This document shows positions 36,072 to 48,512 of a stretch of DNA of 64,000 nt, in pieces (positions within the stretch are counted from its first letter, which is position 1; every line of letters begins with the position of its first letter). Origin of the DNA: Vezdaea acicularis (taxonomy: Eukaryota). The translations under genes and the position numbers were made by a program. The notes beneath the pieces are model-generated. The model ran no database searches. It was not told the DNA's origin and saw nothing but the letters and a program-made list of their open reading frames with translations. The stretch covers positions 1 to 64,000 of the forward strand of contig JAPEUI010000068.1 of the NCBI GenBank assembly GCA_026025075.1. Direction: 5' to 3'.

Positions 36072-37486
36072 ATGAGGGTCCCTCTAAGGCCTTTGCAGCT
36101 TGTAGTCCCTTGGAAACGTTGCTTCTCTGCCTCTGCAGCTCGAGGAGAGATAAGGAATGTCAAAGAGCTTCCAGATCGCATCATACCGCGCTATCAAGGT
36201 CACTATAAACCTCAGGACTTCCGTGGTTGAGTCGTATAGCTTACGTTCATATAGAAACTCGCGGTACTGATCTGCTCTCCCTAGAATGGCCTTCACCACC
36301 GCGCAATATCCTCCTTGTAGCTAAAGATGGTGTCCCGTCAGTCCTCGACTCCCTTGTCGAGTTCGCAAAGCATATCCACTCGACCTACCCCTCGATCGTC
36401 ATTATCCTTGAACCCTACCTTGCTGCAAGACTCCATGGATCTGTCCCTTTTCCTATCTATACCGCCATCCCCATGTTGTCTCCTCTAGATTCATCTCCAC
36501 CCTCGCCCATCATAAGTACTACCACCCTTCCAGAGAAAACTGATCTAACTGCTACTCTTGGCGGCGACGGAACGATTCTCCATGCAACCTCCCTCTTCTC
36601 GCACACCCCCTCTGTCCCCCCAATTCTTTCCTTTAGCCTCGGTACACTCGGATTCCTATCAGAATGGAAGTTCTCCTCCCACAAGCGTGCCTTCCGGGAA
36701 GTATACATGTCAGGCTCCTCTCCGCCTTCGCACATTTCCGGCCTCTCCACCAACCCTTCCCCCAGAACCCTCCCTTTCTCAGAACATTCCGTTGGTGAAG
36801 AGGAGGTTAACAGCTTTACAGCTGGCACGTATGATGGCTTGAATGGTTGGGCAGCTCTGCGCGGCAAGATTCTCGGGCACACGCGTCGTTCGCGAGTACT
36901 CCTTCGCAATCGACTGAAAGTTAGCATTCACTCCGCTGACTCCAAATCACCATCTCCAACCACCCACGCCACAAATGAAGTGATACTCCACCGCGGCGCC
37001 GCTCCTCATTTAACACATATTGACATCTCAGTCGCTGGACGACATCTGACGACCTTCATTGGGGATGGACTGATAGTCTCGACCCCCACGGGCAGCACCG
37101 CCTACTCGCTCTCCAGTGGCGGGAGTATCATCCACCCACTCGTGTCTTCTTTACTCTTAACACCCATCTGCCCTCGCAGTCTGAGCTTTAGGCCGTTGGT
37201 CCTTCCTGGGCACTCGCCTGTGAGTCTGAGGTTGGGCAATGGGAATCGTGGAAGAGAGGTGGAGGTCAGCGTTGATGGACAGAGAAGAAAGGAGGGAATC
37301 GGCACGGGTATGGAGGTTAGGATTCAAGGAGAGGAGGTGGGGCGGGAGAGGGGGGGTGGTGGAGGGTGGAGAGGGGGTGTCCCGTGCGTGATGAGAGGAG
37401 GAGATCGGGGTGACGAGGGAGATGAAGGCTGGGTTGGGGGTTTGAATGGGTTATTAAAGTTTAACTATCCGTTTGGGGAGGAGTAG
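36072..37486 (+). CDS. POS5: mitochondrial NADH kinase, 2 exons
   Basis: Presequence-like MRVPLRPLQLVVPWKRCFSASAAR; GGDGT, GTLGFL, NE, DGLIVSTPTGSTAYSLSSGG, TPICPRSLSFRP. Confidence 0.9.
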
Positions 37487-38017
37487 TCTGGCGACCTCGT
37501 CATTCACCGTACTATACAATATGTTATGGCATACATGGTTGTCCTTCTCAAAGACATCGTCTAGAGCACTTTAATGAAGTGAAAGCTTTTCCATTGAATA
37601 GACCACATGCAATCTATCCGCCCGTTCATCCCTCGTGGGCACCATCCAGCTGTCAAGCAAGCATCAGATCCACATTCATCTACCATCGAGAATGCGTGAC
37701 TAGATGAGACCAGAAGTATCCATGAGAAGTTGCACACGCCCTGCAGGCCCATGTGAAATGGAAAACAGAAACTCAGAGCCGTAAGTATCATCTAGCCCAC
37801 CTTGCTGGAAGCTCCAAGACCAGGGGCGAGAACAAGGAGTGTTGTAATCATAGTACGTGCCAACGCCGAATAAAGGAGAGTTAAGACTTGCTACCGCCCA
37901 CCAAACGCCGGAGCCGAAGAAAAGGAAAGGTGTAGACCAGATCCTGAGGTATCTCGCGCCGATTACATGCAAACCTGAGCTCATACACAGAAATTTTTCA
38001 CTTTTGCCCTAAGCGTT

Positions 38018-41000
38018 CTAATGGCCTGGCTTGCCTTTGAATGCGAGCAACTGCGTCAATTGCCCCAGTGGGCACCCACGCTTCAAGAACTCATGCTCCA
38101 TCAACTCTGTTGCGCTAGCCCGGCTCTTAACGTCGACGCAGAGGCAGACACTTAGAAATGCTTTCAGCTCTCGGCTCAGCTTATCCGGGTGCTTTAGTCT
38201 AGGTGTGCCGTTTGTAGCGATCAGATAGAGGGCTTTAAGTGGCTCTTCATTGAGGTAGGGCGGTTCTGACTCGATCATTTCAATAGCCATAATACCAAGA
38301 GACCAAACATCGACTTTTGGACCATACTCCTTTTGCTTTACAACTTCTGGAGCCATCCAGTAGGGCGTACCGACCATAGTGGCGCGTTTGGACTTTTGGT
38401 CGGTGAGTTTAGCGCAGAAGCCGAAGTCGGCTTGACAGAAATTACAATTAGCAGTGAATGGAGCAGGGAATAACAGGATACTTACTTATTTTTACGCCGC
38501 CAACTGCGTCGAGAAGCACGTTGTCCGATTTGATGTCGCGATGGATGATCTTCTGTGAATGTAGATGATCAAGGCCCTTGCACGTCTATGAAGATGTTCG
38601 CGTCATTATCATCATTGAGATATGCAGCAGGAGACTTACCTCGTGGCAGATTGTTGCAATCTGTGCCTCGGAAATTTCAGGGTTGTTATCAATGACATCA
38701 GTAAGAGCGCCACCTTCCATGTATTCCATAACTACCCAAAGCTCGTTCGGACCCCTGAGGAAGGCATCGAGGAAGTTGACAATGTTCGGATGCGTACTTT
38801 CCTTCATTACGATTATTTCATTTACGATCAACTCCTTTCTTGGTTGGTTGTTGAGATCCATCTGTTTGATCGCGACCTGGGGCTTACCCCGACCACGATT
38901 GTTCTTCAAGACCATGCGTGCAGTAGGTGACTTGGCATCTTCGAGCACCTTGGCCACATACACAGAACCCGATGCCCCTTGACCGATTTTTTTCTGCTTA
39001 GAGTAGGAAGCGTTGGGATCATCTTTCGATACCACTTCACGCAGCTTCGACATTATTTGATCCTCACTCATCCCGGACATCCTAACATCCTCCTTTCGTG
39101 TTTGCGCAGGGTCTTTTTTCGTCAAAGCAGCTTCAGCCTGCTGGACAGCAGCTGATTTTGCGGTACTCTGAGCGACTGGTGCTCCGGTAGGTTGCTTTGC
39201 AACATTAAGTGGTTTAGGGGCTCCAACTGGAGCAGGGAGGCGAGACGGCGGTTGAGCTTGAGGATGACCATTGGCTTGAGGCGTTCTACCTTGTGGCTGC
39301 TGAGCGGACTGGCTATTAGATGGTTGCGGGAATCTAGGGCTTGGAGGTCCTCGCTGGGCTTGGTTGTCATACTTATTGACGTTTAGACCAATGGGCGCTT
39401 TTGGAGAATGATCCCTAGAAGTTGAACCTGGCTGTTGTTTGAGGGTTTGAGCTGGGCGCGTAAGGCCGCCATTGGCAGCAGATGGAGCAATAGGCGCTTG
39501 CCGCTGGGCTGGCATCTGCCGAAGTGATTGTGCGGCAGGTGGTTGACGACTTTTATCATTGCCGACAGGTGCTGCGGGAGCAGTTCGGGCCGGATTGTAT
39601 CGGCTTGAAGGAGAATTGTCCCCGCCTCCTCCACCAAACATACCGATCTCCTGTTTTGCCAACGGCGTACGAGTTTTAGGTATATCATCGTAATCATCAA
39701 AACCGTCTTCTCGTCCCGTTTGCTCGCGATCGCCGGGTTGGACCTGACGCATCTGAGGTTGCTGTGGCTCCTGACGGCGTTGATCAATTGTTTGATTGGA
39801 GCTCCCATTAGAGTATGGAGTATGTTGTGGTGGTGTTCGCTGCTGTTGCTGGTATTCAGGGCCGGACGGACGTCGTTGGGAAGGTGGTGGAGTCGGGGTA
39901 TTGGTCTCGGATCGGGGTGGAGTGCCACGAAGGGTTTCGCCGCTGTAGCTCTCCATGCGCTGCAGTTCATTCCCTTGAACATTGGGATTTATAGGTCTAG
40001 GAGGAGCAATTGATGCGCCGCCGCCCATGCCATATCCAAGTTGCTTGTTGGCACCAGCGTTTACTGGAGGCGTTGGGGTTAAGCTCAAGTATTGCTGAGG
40101 ATTCTGAGCCCGCTTTGTAATGTCTGTATAGAACTCGAGAACCTCAATCACAGCTTGAGGATTCTTTGCATAATCTTCTTTCGTAATCGCAGATGCAGTA
40201 AGCAGCTTCTCCCATTCCGTTGGAAGGCCCACAAAAGCGCCGGTCGTTGGATCAAAGCCCACATGTACGTTGTGTGAGAAGTTCGTGGGATTGCTGACAC
40301 CTCCCATCCCAGGACATCGGTTGTAAATCTGATCAATCCAATCGTAGAGTTCATCGTCACTCTTTGTCTGAACGTAGACAATCTTCTGGGGCAAATCACG
40401 GTTCGCGAGAGCCAAACCCACGTTGTTTGGGGCAGAGTTGGGATTCGCTAGACGACTGATCTCGAAGGAAAACTGAGGGGCATCAGAACGAGACACTCCA
40501 GTAACATCGCGTAGTTGAATTGAGAATGACACTTTCTCAGCCTTTTCATTCTTGTGAAAGTCAAGGGTGAATTCTCTTAGGATCAAGTACTTGGTTTGCC
40601 ACATCATCAAGCCTCGAAGCCCCTCCTCTTTGACCTTTGCGAACCCTTGTTTAACAACTCCTGTTCCACCATGTGTTGCTCCTCCATGTGTCTGGCTTCT
40701 CTGGAGGGGCAAAGAAATATTTTGGCCGCCAGGTCCAATGGAGAAACTCGATGCCGAGTGGATCGAGCTCGGGGATATTGTAGCTAAGCTCATGTTGGAC
40801 ATATTGCCCGGGAGGTTCGTAGCGGGCGTGAGATTTAGGCGAGCACGGTTGGTCGGTGGTTGAGGCGCTGGTCCAGGGTTCATGAACTGATCGTGGGAAT
40901 ATATGCTAGACAGAGTCATGTCAGAGCCTGCGAAACATTTAAAGCGAATGTTTCATGACAAGATGTTCTCGCAATTGAGGTTTCCCGGTCGTTTCTTGGC

Positions 41001-41082
41001 AAAGGCTTGAATGGAAGTATAGAACAAGCTTGAAGACAGTGATCAACGAATAGACTTACTGTGAGTTTTGAGACGAAGCCAT
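38018..41082 (-). CDS. CLA4: PAK/STE20-family kinase with PH and CRIB domains, multi-exon
   Basis: PH domain, [57 protein letters not shown]; short first exon MASSQNS at 41082. Confidence 0.93.
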
Positions 41083-41826
41083 ATCTGAAGATTTGTTGGA
41101 CAAGTCCAGTTCAATTCACGTCGAATGGAGTACAAGATGTGTATCTCAAACAACTAGAGTCTTGTGGCAAGGCAAGATGGATTAGACTGACGAGAAAGAA
41201 GTAGAGGTAGAGGAAGCCTTGAGGGGGGGATACACCTCGAGCGAGGGGATTCTAGGCGTACTTCGTACCTCTAGACTGCCAAATGCGGCAGTCGTGCTCG
41301 AGTACACGCGGATGCTGATTACCTGCAGGTCATCGGTTTGCCTCCTGCTTCGCCCAAGTGTCCAAGTTGCTTAATGGGATAAACAAGAGATCTAACTGGG
41401 TTCGATGAAAAGAATGCTGATAGATTTCAAAGGTATCGGCGGATAATCGTGTCGTGTTGCGCAGCGCCCCATCCCGTTTGGGCGTGGAGGGAGTCTTGAG
41501 GCTTGGCGCAAGGAAACCCAATCAAACCGCGATCATTAACGCCACGCAGGTATCACGTCAGGGAAAAGTTTAGAGACACGAGCACACGACACATGAAGAG
41601 CTCACTGTGAAACATTGTGAAAACGGGACGTGCAGATTCTGAAATCATCTCCCAAACGCTTTGGCCGTTGCCGTACATATCGAGTCCACCAAAGAAGATG
41701 CTCTTTGTCCCCCTAGAAGGCCCATGCCACAGAATACTCATAAACCGTATTACGCCATGGGTATCTGCCTTAATGATCCACGCGAATAGAGATGAAAAAC
41801 GCGTTCCCAACACAGGCAGATTACCT

Positions 41827-42780
41827 TCATCTGCCTTCATATCCAGCGACCGCGTTCTTCAGCAACTGATCAAGTTTGTATCTTTCGGAGCCAGGCTGAG
41901 TAACCTCTGCCGCCTTCTGAGTTGATTTTGGCGGTCTTCGAAAGAATTCCGTATCTCTGCTCGGAGCAAACATCGCAGGCCTAGCAATTTGCTCCTCAAT
42001 GTTTAATTGCTGAGATCTACTAGGGTTACCGGCTTTGTATTCATGACCAACCTTCGCTCCTTGCAGCACACCATCTGCAGCTTGCTGATGCCCGAAGAGC
42101 TCTTGTAAATTGACCTGACGGCCTATTGGATCTTTTCGTCTATTGTTCCTTGAGTTCTCTGTACTATGCTCTACCTGTTTTTCTTTCTTTGCTCTCATGG
42201 CCTTCGTTGATGCTTCGGCCGCAGCGGCGCAGTCTTCTATGATCTTTGCGTTACGAGTACGAGTCTCGGCCGTAGATGAAGGGGGAGGCTCGCTGAATAT
42301 CCAAAGCCCATATATGGGTGCATTGCCAGGGTTGGAACTCGAACGTAGAATGACATATTGATCGGTAATTTCGACATCATTGGAGCTTGTCAAATCTGCG
42401 GTGAAATTGTCCAAGCCACGGCGATTCAGTATAATGACCTTGTACCTTTCAATACCTTCTTCTTTGGCGACCTCAGAAGGAGAGAGTTGACAGACAAACA
42501 TAGTCCCTTCAATATCATTCTTTTCCCATGTCTGTGATTCGGTCGAAAAGACATAGACCACTGCGTAATTGGCGATAGACAGGATTTGAGAGATAGTAGG
42601 CTCATACCTGCGGAGTACAGTAAGATTTATCTCACTGTTTGACCGCGTGGGAGGTGGAGCAGGGAGGTCTGATAGGTTTGCGAGATCGGATTCATAGTCA
42701 GACGGTTGCAACTGAGCTTGGGCTAGTGGCTCTTGATTTGGACGCTGTCGGCGCTGATATTGATAAGAATTCCTGACCAT
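41827..42780 (-). CDS. DCP1: mRNA decapping activator (EVH1 domain)
   Basis: NLTVLRRYEP.I..IL...YAVVY.F....WEK..IEGTMFV...IILNRRGLDNF...IYGLWIF. Confidence 0.88.
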   Translation of the reverse strand: MVRNSYQYQRRQRPNQEPLAQAQLQPSDYESDLANLSDLPAPPPTRSNSEINLTVLRRYEPTISQILSIANYAVVYVFSTESQTWEKNDIEGTMFVCQLSPSEVAKEEGIERYKVIILNRRGLDNFTADLTSSNDVEITDQYVILRSSSNPGNAPIYGLWIFSEPPPSSTAETRTRNAKIIEDCAAAAEASTKAMRAKKEKQVEHSTENSRNNRRKDPIGRQVNLQELFGHQQAADGVLQGAKVGHEYKAGNPSRSQQLNIEEQIARPAMFAPSRDTEFFRRPPKSTQKAAEVTQPGSERYKLDQLLKNAVAGYEGR

Positions 42781-43472
42781 TTTAGGGGTACCTTATGTAA
42801 GATCACTCGGGTTTCGGTTACAGGTTGATTATTTTTTTTGAAATAGAGTGGTATGACTCTTGCCAATGAAAGATGTGATTGATGAAGGCATTGCCCATAA
42901 GCTTCCTATCAATAACGCGAGTAGCGTTTCACGATTCACGAGAACTGGTAAGCGAGAAATTCGGAAGCTTCCATGCTTCCGCAGATATGTAGCAGCAATA
43001 TTTTTCTCATCAATTCACTTATCATCCAGAAATTGTAATGGCGTATTATCTTACATACCCCAATTCTTACGGATAGCTTTTCGAAGGACCTACAACTATC
43101 ATCCGTCACACATGCGGGTTTGAGGGTGCTCCTTTGTAATTTTGCCTTTGTTCATTGTTGTCGCGCTTAAAATCTTTTAGTTTTCGGCTAAGAGTGACGT
43201 GACGCCTTCGCAAGTGAAAAGCCAACTCCATGAATCTAGTCTACCGTTGACGCGCTTTCCTATCTCTCAAGATGTTAACTCAACAATATGGGCCTGCTGC
43301 AAGTTTTGTCAAGCTGTTAGAAGCGGGCTAAGGGTGGGTGAAGATATTCACGCGGCTTATGCATTGCCATATACGTCATCGCCCTTGATAGCTGTAGAGG
43401 CTGGGTTCTTCTGGGTTCCTCTAGGTTCTTTTCTTTGTTGGTCCCTCTGAACTTTACACCTCTATTCTTTCC

Positions 43473-46400
43473 ATGGCCACAATCGGCCGCGGTGAGGGTG
43501 GCACCCTTAGCCAAGACTCATTGCCAGGGGCATACCCACAAGCTGGTCTCATAACGTCCAATCTCACCTCCTTAGCAAGGGCCGTTCATAGTCGTCAAGC
43601 TGAGTATGTCCGTCCGCAAAGAATACGGATTAAAGTAGGGTCTTGGAATGTCGCCGCTTTACCAGGCACCGAAAAGGATATTGGTGGATGGTTTGTACAG
43701 GGCAAAGGCGTCTCCGAGTCACTGGCCAATTTAAAGGTGAACTCTCCTGAAGAGCCACACATGCCTTGCCAAGAGGCTCTGAACCCTTCTGCCGGCAAGG
43801 TGAGAGAATCAGTTGTCGATCAGGAAAGCCGAGCTAGTAAGAAACAATCTACTATTCCTCAGAATGATAAGGGCACCCTCCCCGGCGGTGAAGATATTGG
43901 TTTATACGTTCTGGGTCTCCAAGAGATTGTCGACATATCTTCCGCTACAGAAGCTCTTCGCCCTTATCACGATTCAAGTGTTACTCAAAAATGGAAAAAA
44001 GCTCTGAGCGATGCACTTCCCCAGGGGTACATGTTGGTAACCGAGCAACATTTCCACGGACTTTACTTATTAATTTATGCTGCGCCGTCCGTAGCCCAAT
44101 CGATATCTTCCGTTAGTGCCAGTAGCGTTGGTACCGGAATAATGGGCTACATGGGCAACAAAGGCGGCGTGACCGTCCGGTTCCTGCTTGGCGAGACGAC
44201 CAGACTTGTCTTTGTTAATTGTCATCTTGCTGCTGGTACAGAAAAGAATAGTCTTGAACGGCGAAATTGGGACGCTGCTCAGATTGTTGCGCGGACAAAA
44301 TATGATGCAATAGATGATGGCAGCAGCGCGAAAGAAGAAAGCGGAGAAGTAATTGGAGATGAAGATTTTGCTTGGTGGTTTGGTGATTTGAATTACAGAC
44401 TTACAGGTCTACCAAGTGAAGATGTTCGTAGGTTGTTGATGTTGCACACGCGGAACGAGTACGACTTAGGCCAAAGGTCATCACGGAAGATAGAGAATGA
44501 ATTGGCTAAAACCGAAGGCTCAATTGTACCTAGTGCAAATGCTGAACACCACAATCAGACTGACCGATCTGCACTCATCCCCCCAACTGGAGGAGCCGTC
44601 ATCGAAAGCGCGTCCGATATGATATCGTCAACCTCATCGACGGCAAATAGCCAAACTGACGGCAACGAGCTGGATCCTTACTCGGACCCAACATCTCTTC
44701 AAACAACAATTAGCTCCTTGTTACCTCATGATGAACTTCGTCAACAGCAGAAGGCTGGCCACGTATTTCATGACGGTTGGCGCGAAGGTCCAATCACTTT
44801 CTTACCTACCTACAAGTATGATATAGGGAGTGTTGGAGTTTTCGATTCCAGCGAGAAGAAAAGAAATCCCAGTTGGTGCGACAGGATACTTTTCAGGTCG
44901 AAAAGCGATAGAGATGCATATTATCAACTTCGCCAAGAAGAAGCGGCAGCTAGGAGAAAGGATGCCGAGATGAAAGCGAGCGGGATAGCCAAAGCTGCTG
45001 CAGAGGATGAAGCTGTACTTTTCGACTACAACCCCGAATATGATGGTATGGCTTACGTTGAAGATGATGATGACGATACGAACGATGGGCTGGAAGGTGG
45101 GGAACCTGTCGTTACCAAGGCTGGTGTAGTCGATAGGCTCCAACTCGATGTCTATACCTCACACCAGAGAGTTTTATCCTCAGACCACAAGCCCCTAGTT
45201 GCTATCTTTACCCTTCAATACGACGGCGCGGTCCCCGAATTGAAGGCAAAGGTGCACCAGGAAGTTGCCCGAGAGCTAGATCGGGCCGAGAATGATGCAA
45301 GGCCCGATGTGACCGTGGTCGTGGATCATCGGCCAGACGATGAGGAAGGGTATTCTACTCCACTAAATGCAGCAAAGTTAGAGGACTCCAACGTGGTCAA
45401 TTTCGGCGAAGTTCGTTATGGTCAGTCTAAGCTGAGAACCATCACGATCGCGAATACGAGCCAAGTCGCTTCGGATTTCAGTTTCTCCGAAAAGGCTTTA
45501 CAGGATGGGACAATGGCGATCGTCCCCCCATGGCTCAAATTACGACTCGATAATACAGACGACCCTGATAAACCTGTAGAAAGGTTCAGCACTAGTCCAA
45601 AGCTTCATCTTGAGCCTGGAGAGGCTATCAGTGTCGTTCTCGAGCTTCGAGTAGAGGATGTGGCACACGTTCGGGATCTCAACTCTGGAAAAGCGAAATT
45701 GGAAGACTTTCTTATTCTCCATGTATCTCACGGCAGAGACCACTTTATTCCTGTCCACGGCAAATGGATGCCTTCAGCATTCGGTCGCTCTGTTGACGAA
45801 CTAATACGTGTTCCAGAAGACGGAGTACGCTCTATTCCAGTCGACAGCAATAAGGATTGTGACAATAATGTAAAGTGGTCGGCTCCTCGTGAGTTATTTC
45901 GACTGACGGAACTTATAGAAGAGCTCGTTGAACGAGTCATTGCTGAGGTTGGCATGACTGCCCACGATCCAGCAGTAAAAGCGCCGTGGGAGGTGAAGAC
46001 AGGATGGCCTTTCGACTCCTCAGCAATCTCAGAAGAGGACCCTGAATTAGACGACTTTTGTACTAGCATTCGTGAATACTTAGATACCGCCAAGGTTATT
46101 CCGCAAGCTCCTTCCACAGTCCAAGCAAACGTTTATCTAATGGCTGCGTCTCGAGTTCTGGTTGATTTCCTTCGAAGCCTCTCCGATGGTATCATTCCTG
46201 AATCTTTGTGGAATATCCTAGACCAGTCAATGAAGGACCTCGACGGTACGTCGCATACACCAGAGGACGAACGACAAGCAATCTTGGATGTTCTATCAGC
46301 GGCGCCAAACTACAACGTATCGTTCGTCTTGCTTACCTCGATGCTTTCGCGAATCGCAGGCGAAGTTGCGCCAGTTCATGATACCCAGTCAGCCCACAAT

Positions 46401-46580
46401 ACTCTTAACCTGCCTCTTGAACGAATTGTCAGACGAGCAGCCGTGAACGCTGCACTAGCAGGCGTTTTTGCCAAAGTCATGATTAGATCCAATACTCCTT
46501 CCAAAGAGAAAGAAAAGAAGGCTCTCGAGGACAGGAAAAGGGGGGTGATTGAGGTTTTCTTGGTCACCAGTTCGTCATGA
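43473..46580 (+). CDS. inositol polyphosphate 5-phosphatase, OCRL/INPP5B-like (ASH and RhoGAP-like C-terminus)
   Basis: SWNV, GLQEIV, GNKGGV, NCHLAAG, WFGDLNYR, PTYKYD, PSWCDRILF, SDHKP. Confidence 0.93.
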   Translation: MATIGRGEGGTLSQDSLPGAYPQAGLITSNLTSLARAVHSRQAEYVRPQRIRIKVGSWNVAALPGTEKDIGGWFVQGKGVSESLANLKVNSPEEPHMPCQEALNPSAGKVRESVVDQESRASKKQSTIPQNDKGTLPGGEDIGLYVLGLQEIVDISSATEALRPYHDSSVTQKWKKALSDALPQGYMLVTEQHFHGLYLLIYAAPSVAQSISSVSASSVGTGIMGYMGNKGGVTVRFLLGETTRLVFVNCHLAAGTEKNSLERRNWDAAQIVARTKYDAIDDGSSAKEESGEVIGDEDFAWWFGDLNYRLTGLPSEDVRRLLMLHTRNEYDLGQRSSRKIENELAKTEGSIVPSANAEHHNQTDRSALIPPTGGAVIESASDMISSTSSTANSQTDGNELDPYSDPTSLQTTISSLLPHDELRQQQKAGHVFHDGWREGPITFLPTYKYDIGSVGVFDSSEKKRNPSWCDRILFRSKSDRDAYYQLRQEEAAARRKDAEMKASGIAKAAAEDEAVLFDYNPEYDGMAYVEDDDDDTNDGLEGGEPVVTKAGVVDRLQLDVYTSHQRVLSSDHKPLVAIFTLQYDGAVPELKAKVHQEVARELDRAENDARPDVTVVVDHRPDDEEGYSTPLNAAKLEDSNVVNFGEVRYGQSKLRTITIANTSQVASDFSFSEKALQDGTMAIVPPWLKLRLDNTDDPDKPVERFSTSPKLHLEPGEAISVVLELRVEDVAHVRDLNSGKAKLEDFLILHVSHGRDHFIPVHGKWMPSAFGRSVDELIRVPEDGVRSIPVDSNKDCDNNVKWSAPRELFRLTELIEELVERVIAEVGMTAHDPAVKAPWEVKTGWPFDSSAISEEDPELDDFCTSIREYLDTAKVIPQAPSTVQANVYLMAASRVLVDFLRSLSDGIIPESLWNILDQSMKDLDGTSHTPEDERQAILDVLSAAPNYNVSFVLLTSMLSRIAGEVAPVHDTQSAHNTLNLPLERIVRRAAVNAALAGVFAKVMIRSNTPSKEKEKKALEDRKRGVIEVFLVTSSS

Positions 46581-46661
46581 AGCTGTGTAGTTGGCGCGGA
46601 TTTGGTCCTTACGGAGCTTTTGTGCCTATAAAAAAAGTGTAAGAACGCAATTTTATAGGCT

Positions 46662-48512
46662 CTAACCCTTCCACCTGAACACCTTCTGCACAACATACCT
46701 GTACTCGCGGTCTAGAGCTAAAGTTACAGAATAATTGGCATCAAGCCTGTATCTTAGCCCTTGCTCTTGAGACTCAGTACGGTTCTCCCTAGGGCCATTC
46801 CTCTGCCCCCCACGGTTCGTCGAACTCCTAGGGTGCATCGTTAGCGACTGGGGACGCGATTTTGAGGAAGCCCGAGTTCGGACGCCGATGAGGATGGTAC
46901 TTACCATAGGGCCGAACGGCTCACCCGGCAAGACTCCATATTCAGTCCACTCTGATTTGGGCAGCGATGTGGTTCTTGGTGCCGTCTTATTCCTACTCGA
47001 CTCTTTTCGTGGAGGGAGTCCCAACATCGACCGCCACCGGCCTTGCCTCATATTTAGACCATTGCAGGCTCGCTTGCACTCGTCTCTTGTCTTTTCCCTA
47101 TTATTGGTTGTCCCTATAGGTATTCCCATGCGCTGGATTACATCGCGCATGCTCACAGCAGAACAAGAATAACGATATGCGTACGATACTATCGGCGGAC
47201 ACTTTGGAGGTATACGGTCGGGTAGGGTTGGGAGGTATTCTAGCCTCACTCCCGCATCGTCAGTTGGCACAGACGTCCTTGGATCTTCCACCTCATCCAG
47301 CTGGTAGCCATCTGGTATACTGGCGAGCAGTCGCTTCCAGCATCTGTACGCGTCCGCTGTGACCTCTGAGGGAACAGGTTCCCAATATTCGGACCATTCC
47401 AGAATCCTCCAGTTCTGATCGGTCCACCGTTTTATTTCCCGTCGTCTCTCGGCGCTCTTGAGATAGATCATCCCTGCCGACGGGATTCCTGTGGTCCTTA
47501 TAGAGCTACCCTCTCTTGTTAAGGCTTGTCTTCTAATCTTCTTCGCGGGACTCTCGGTTTCACTGTCAGTCTCATCTCCACTGCTAACAGCCTCAAACCC
47601 TCTTTTGAGCCCCTGCTCCTCCTCTAGCAACGCAAACGGAGCGATAACTTGAGGTTCCGGTTTGAGCATTTCGTCAATATTATTCCCGCTTTCTGGCTTA
47701 GGCTTCTGTGCAATCTTTCGAAGTGGCTGGGTGTCAGGTGGATCCGGTCTATTCTCAAAAGCCCATAGAGGAATAGCTGGGCCTGTATCCCCTGTTATTG
47801 CCCAGTACGGTCCAGCTGATGCTCGGAAGAAAGGTTCGAATTCGACAGGGGCGTACTCCAGATAATCACGGTCTTCCCCTAAGATTAAGCCCTGGGTCAG
47901 CATTCAATCGCTCAGAAAGTAGGCCCAGAGAAGCTAGCTGATTCTCTTACCTGTCTGTTTCTTTCTTGGAAACCTCACGTCTGCCAAACCGTATCCCATC
48001 AAATCGTCGTAGCCTTCGATGGGCATCTCCCTCTTATTTTCAGGCCTAAGGTCGTGAACAGCCCAAAGGTTGGCGGGAGCTTGATCTAGAAATCCAGGGG
48101 TTCCCTCTAAAACAAAGGTTAGAGTCGTCTTCCAGTCTCTGAATATGAATCTGATGGGTTAGAAGTTTTTCTTACTTGACCCTTTTTCCCTATGACGTCT
48201 TAGTCTCGCCTGGGCATAAGCAACGAACTTGCTGTATTCGTTAAGAGGTTTCTTCTTCCTTCTTCGCCTTGGAATACCACCGTTGAGAGTCTCAGTCACA
48301 ATTAATTTGGATGAGCTACGTTTTCCAGTATGATGGATGGAACTGCGAACGTGCCCATTTGCTGTCTCTGCCGTTGCTTCAGGCAAATGGCGCTTTCTGA
48401 GGACTCGAGAGTGGCTGTTGGGGCGCAGGACCTTTGTCTCTTCATGGGATGAGTCGGTCAATTGACGGTCTCTCACACTACAACGGGGATTCGAACGGCG
48501 AATGGTAGCCAT
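46662..48512 (-). CDS. uncharacterised basic protein, 3 exons, paralogous to 50637-53357
   Basis: Exons from MATIRRSN (48512) join via GTAAGA donors to the 413-aa ORF; motif LP..I..KC.......R....+.+RD++QRM. Confidence 0.65.

Noticed and set aside
41827..42780. Functional link between DCP1 and the DXO-like nuclease
   Set aside because: 33 kb apart, and DCP1 sits among unrelated core genes
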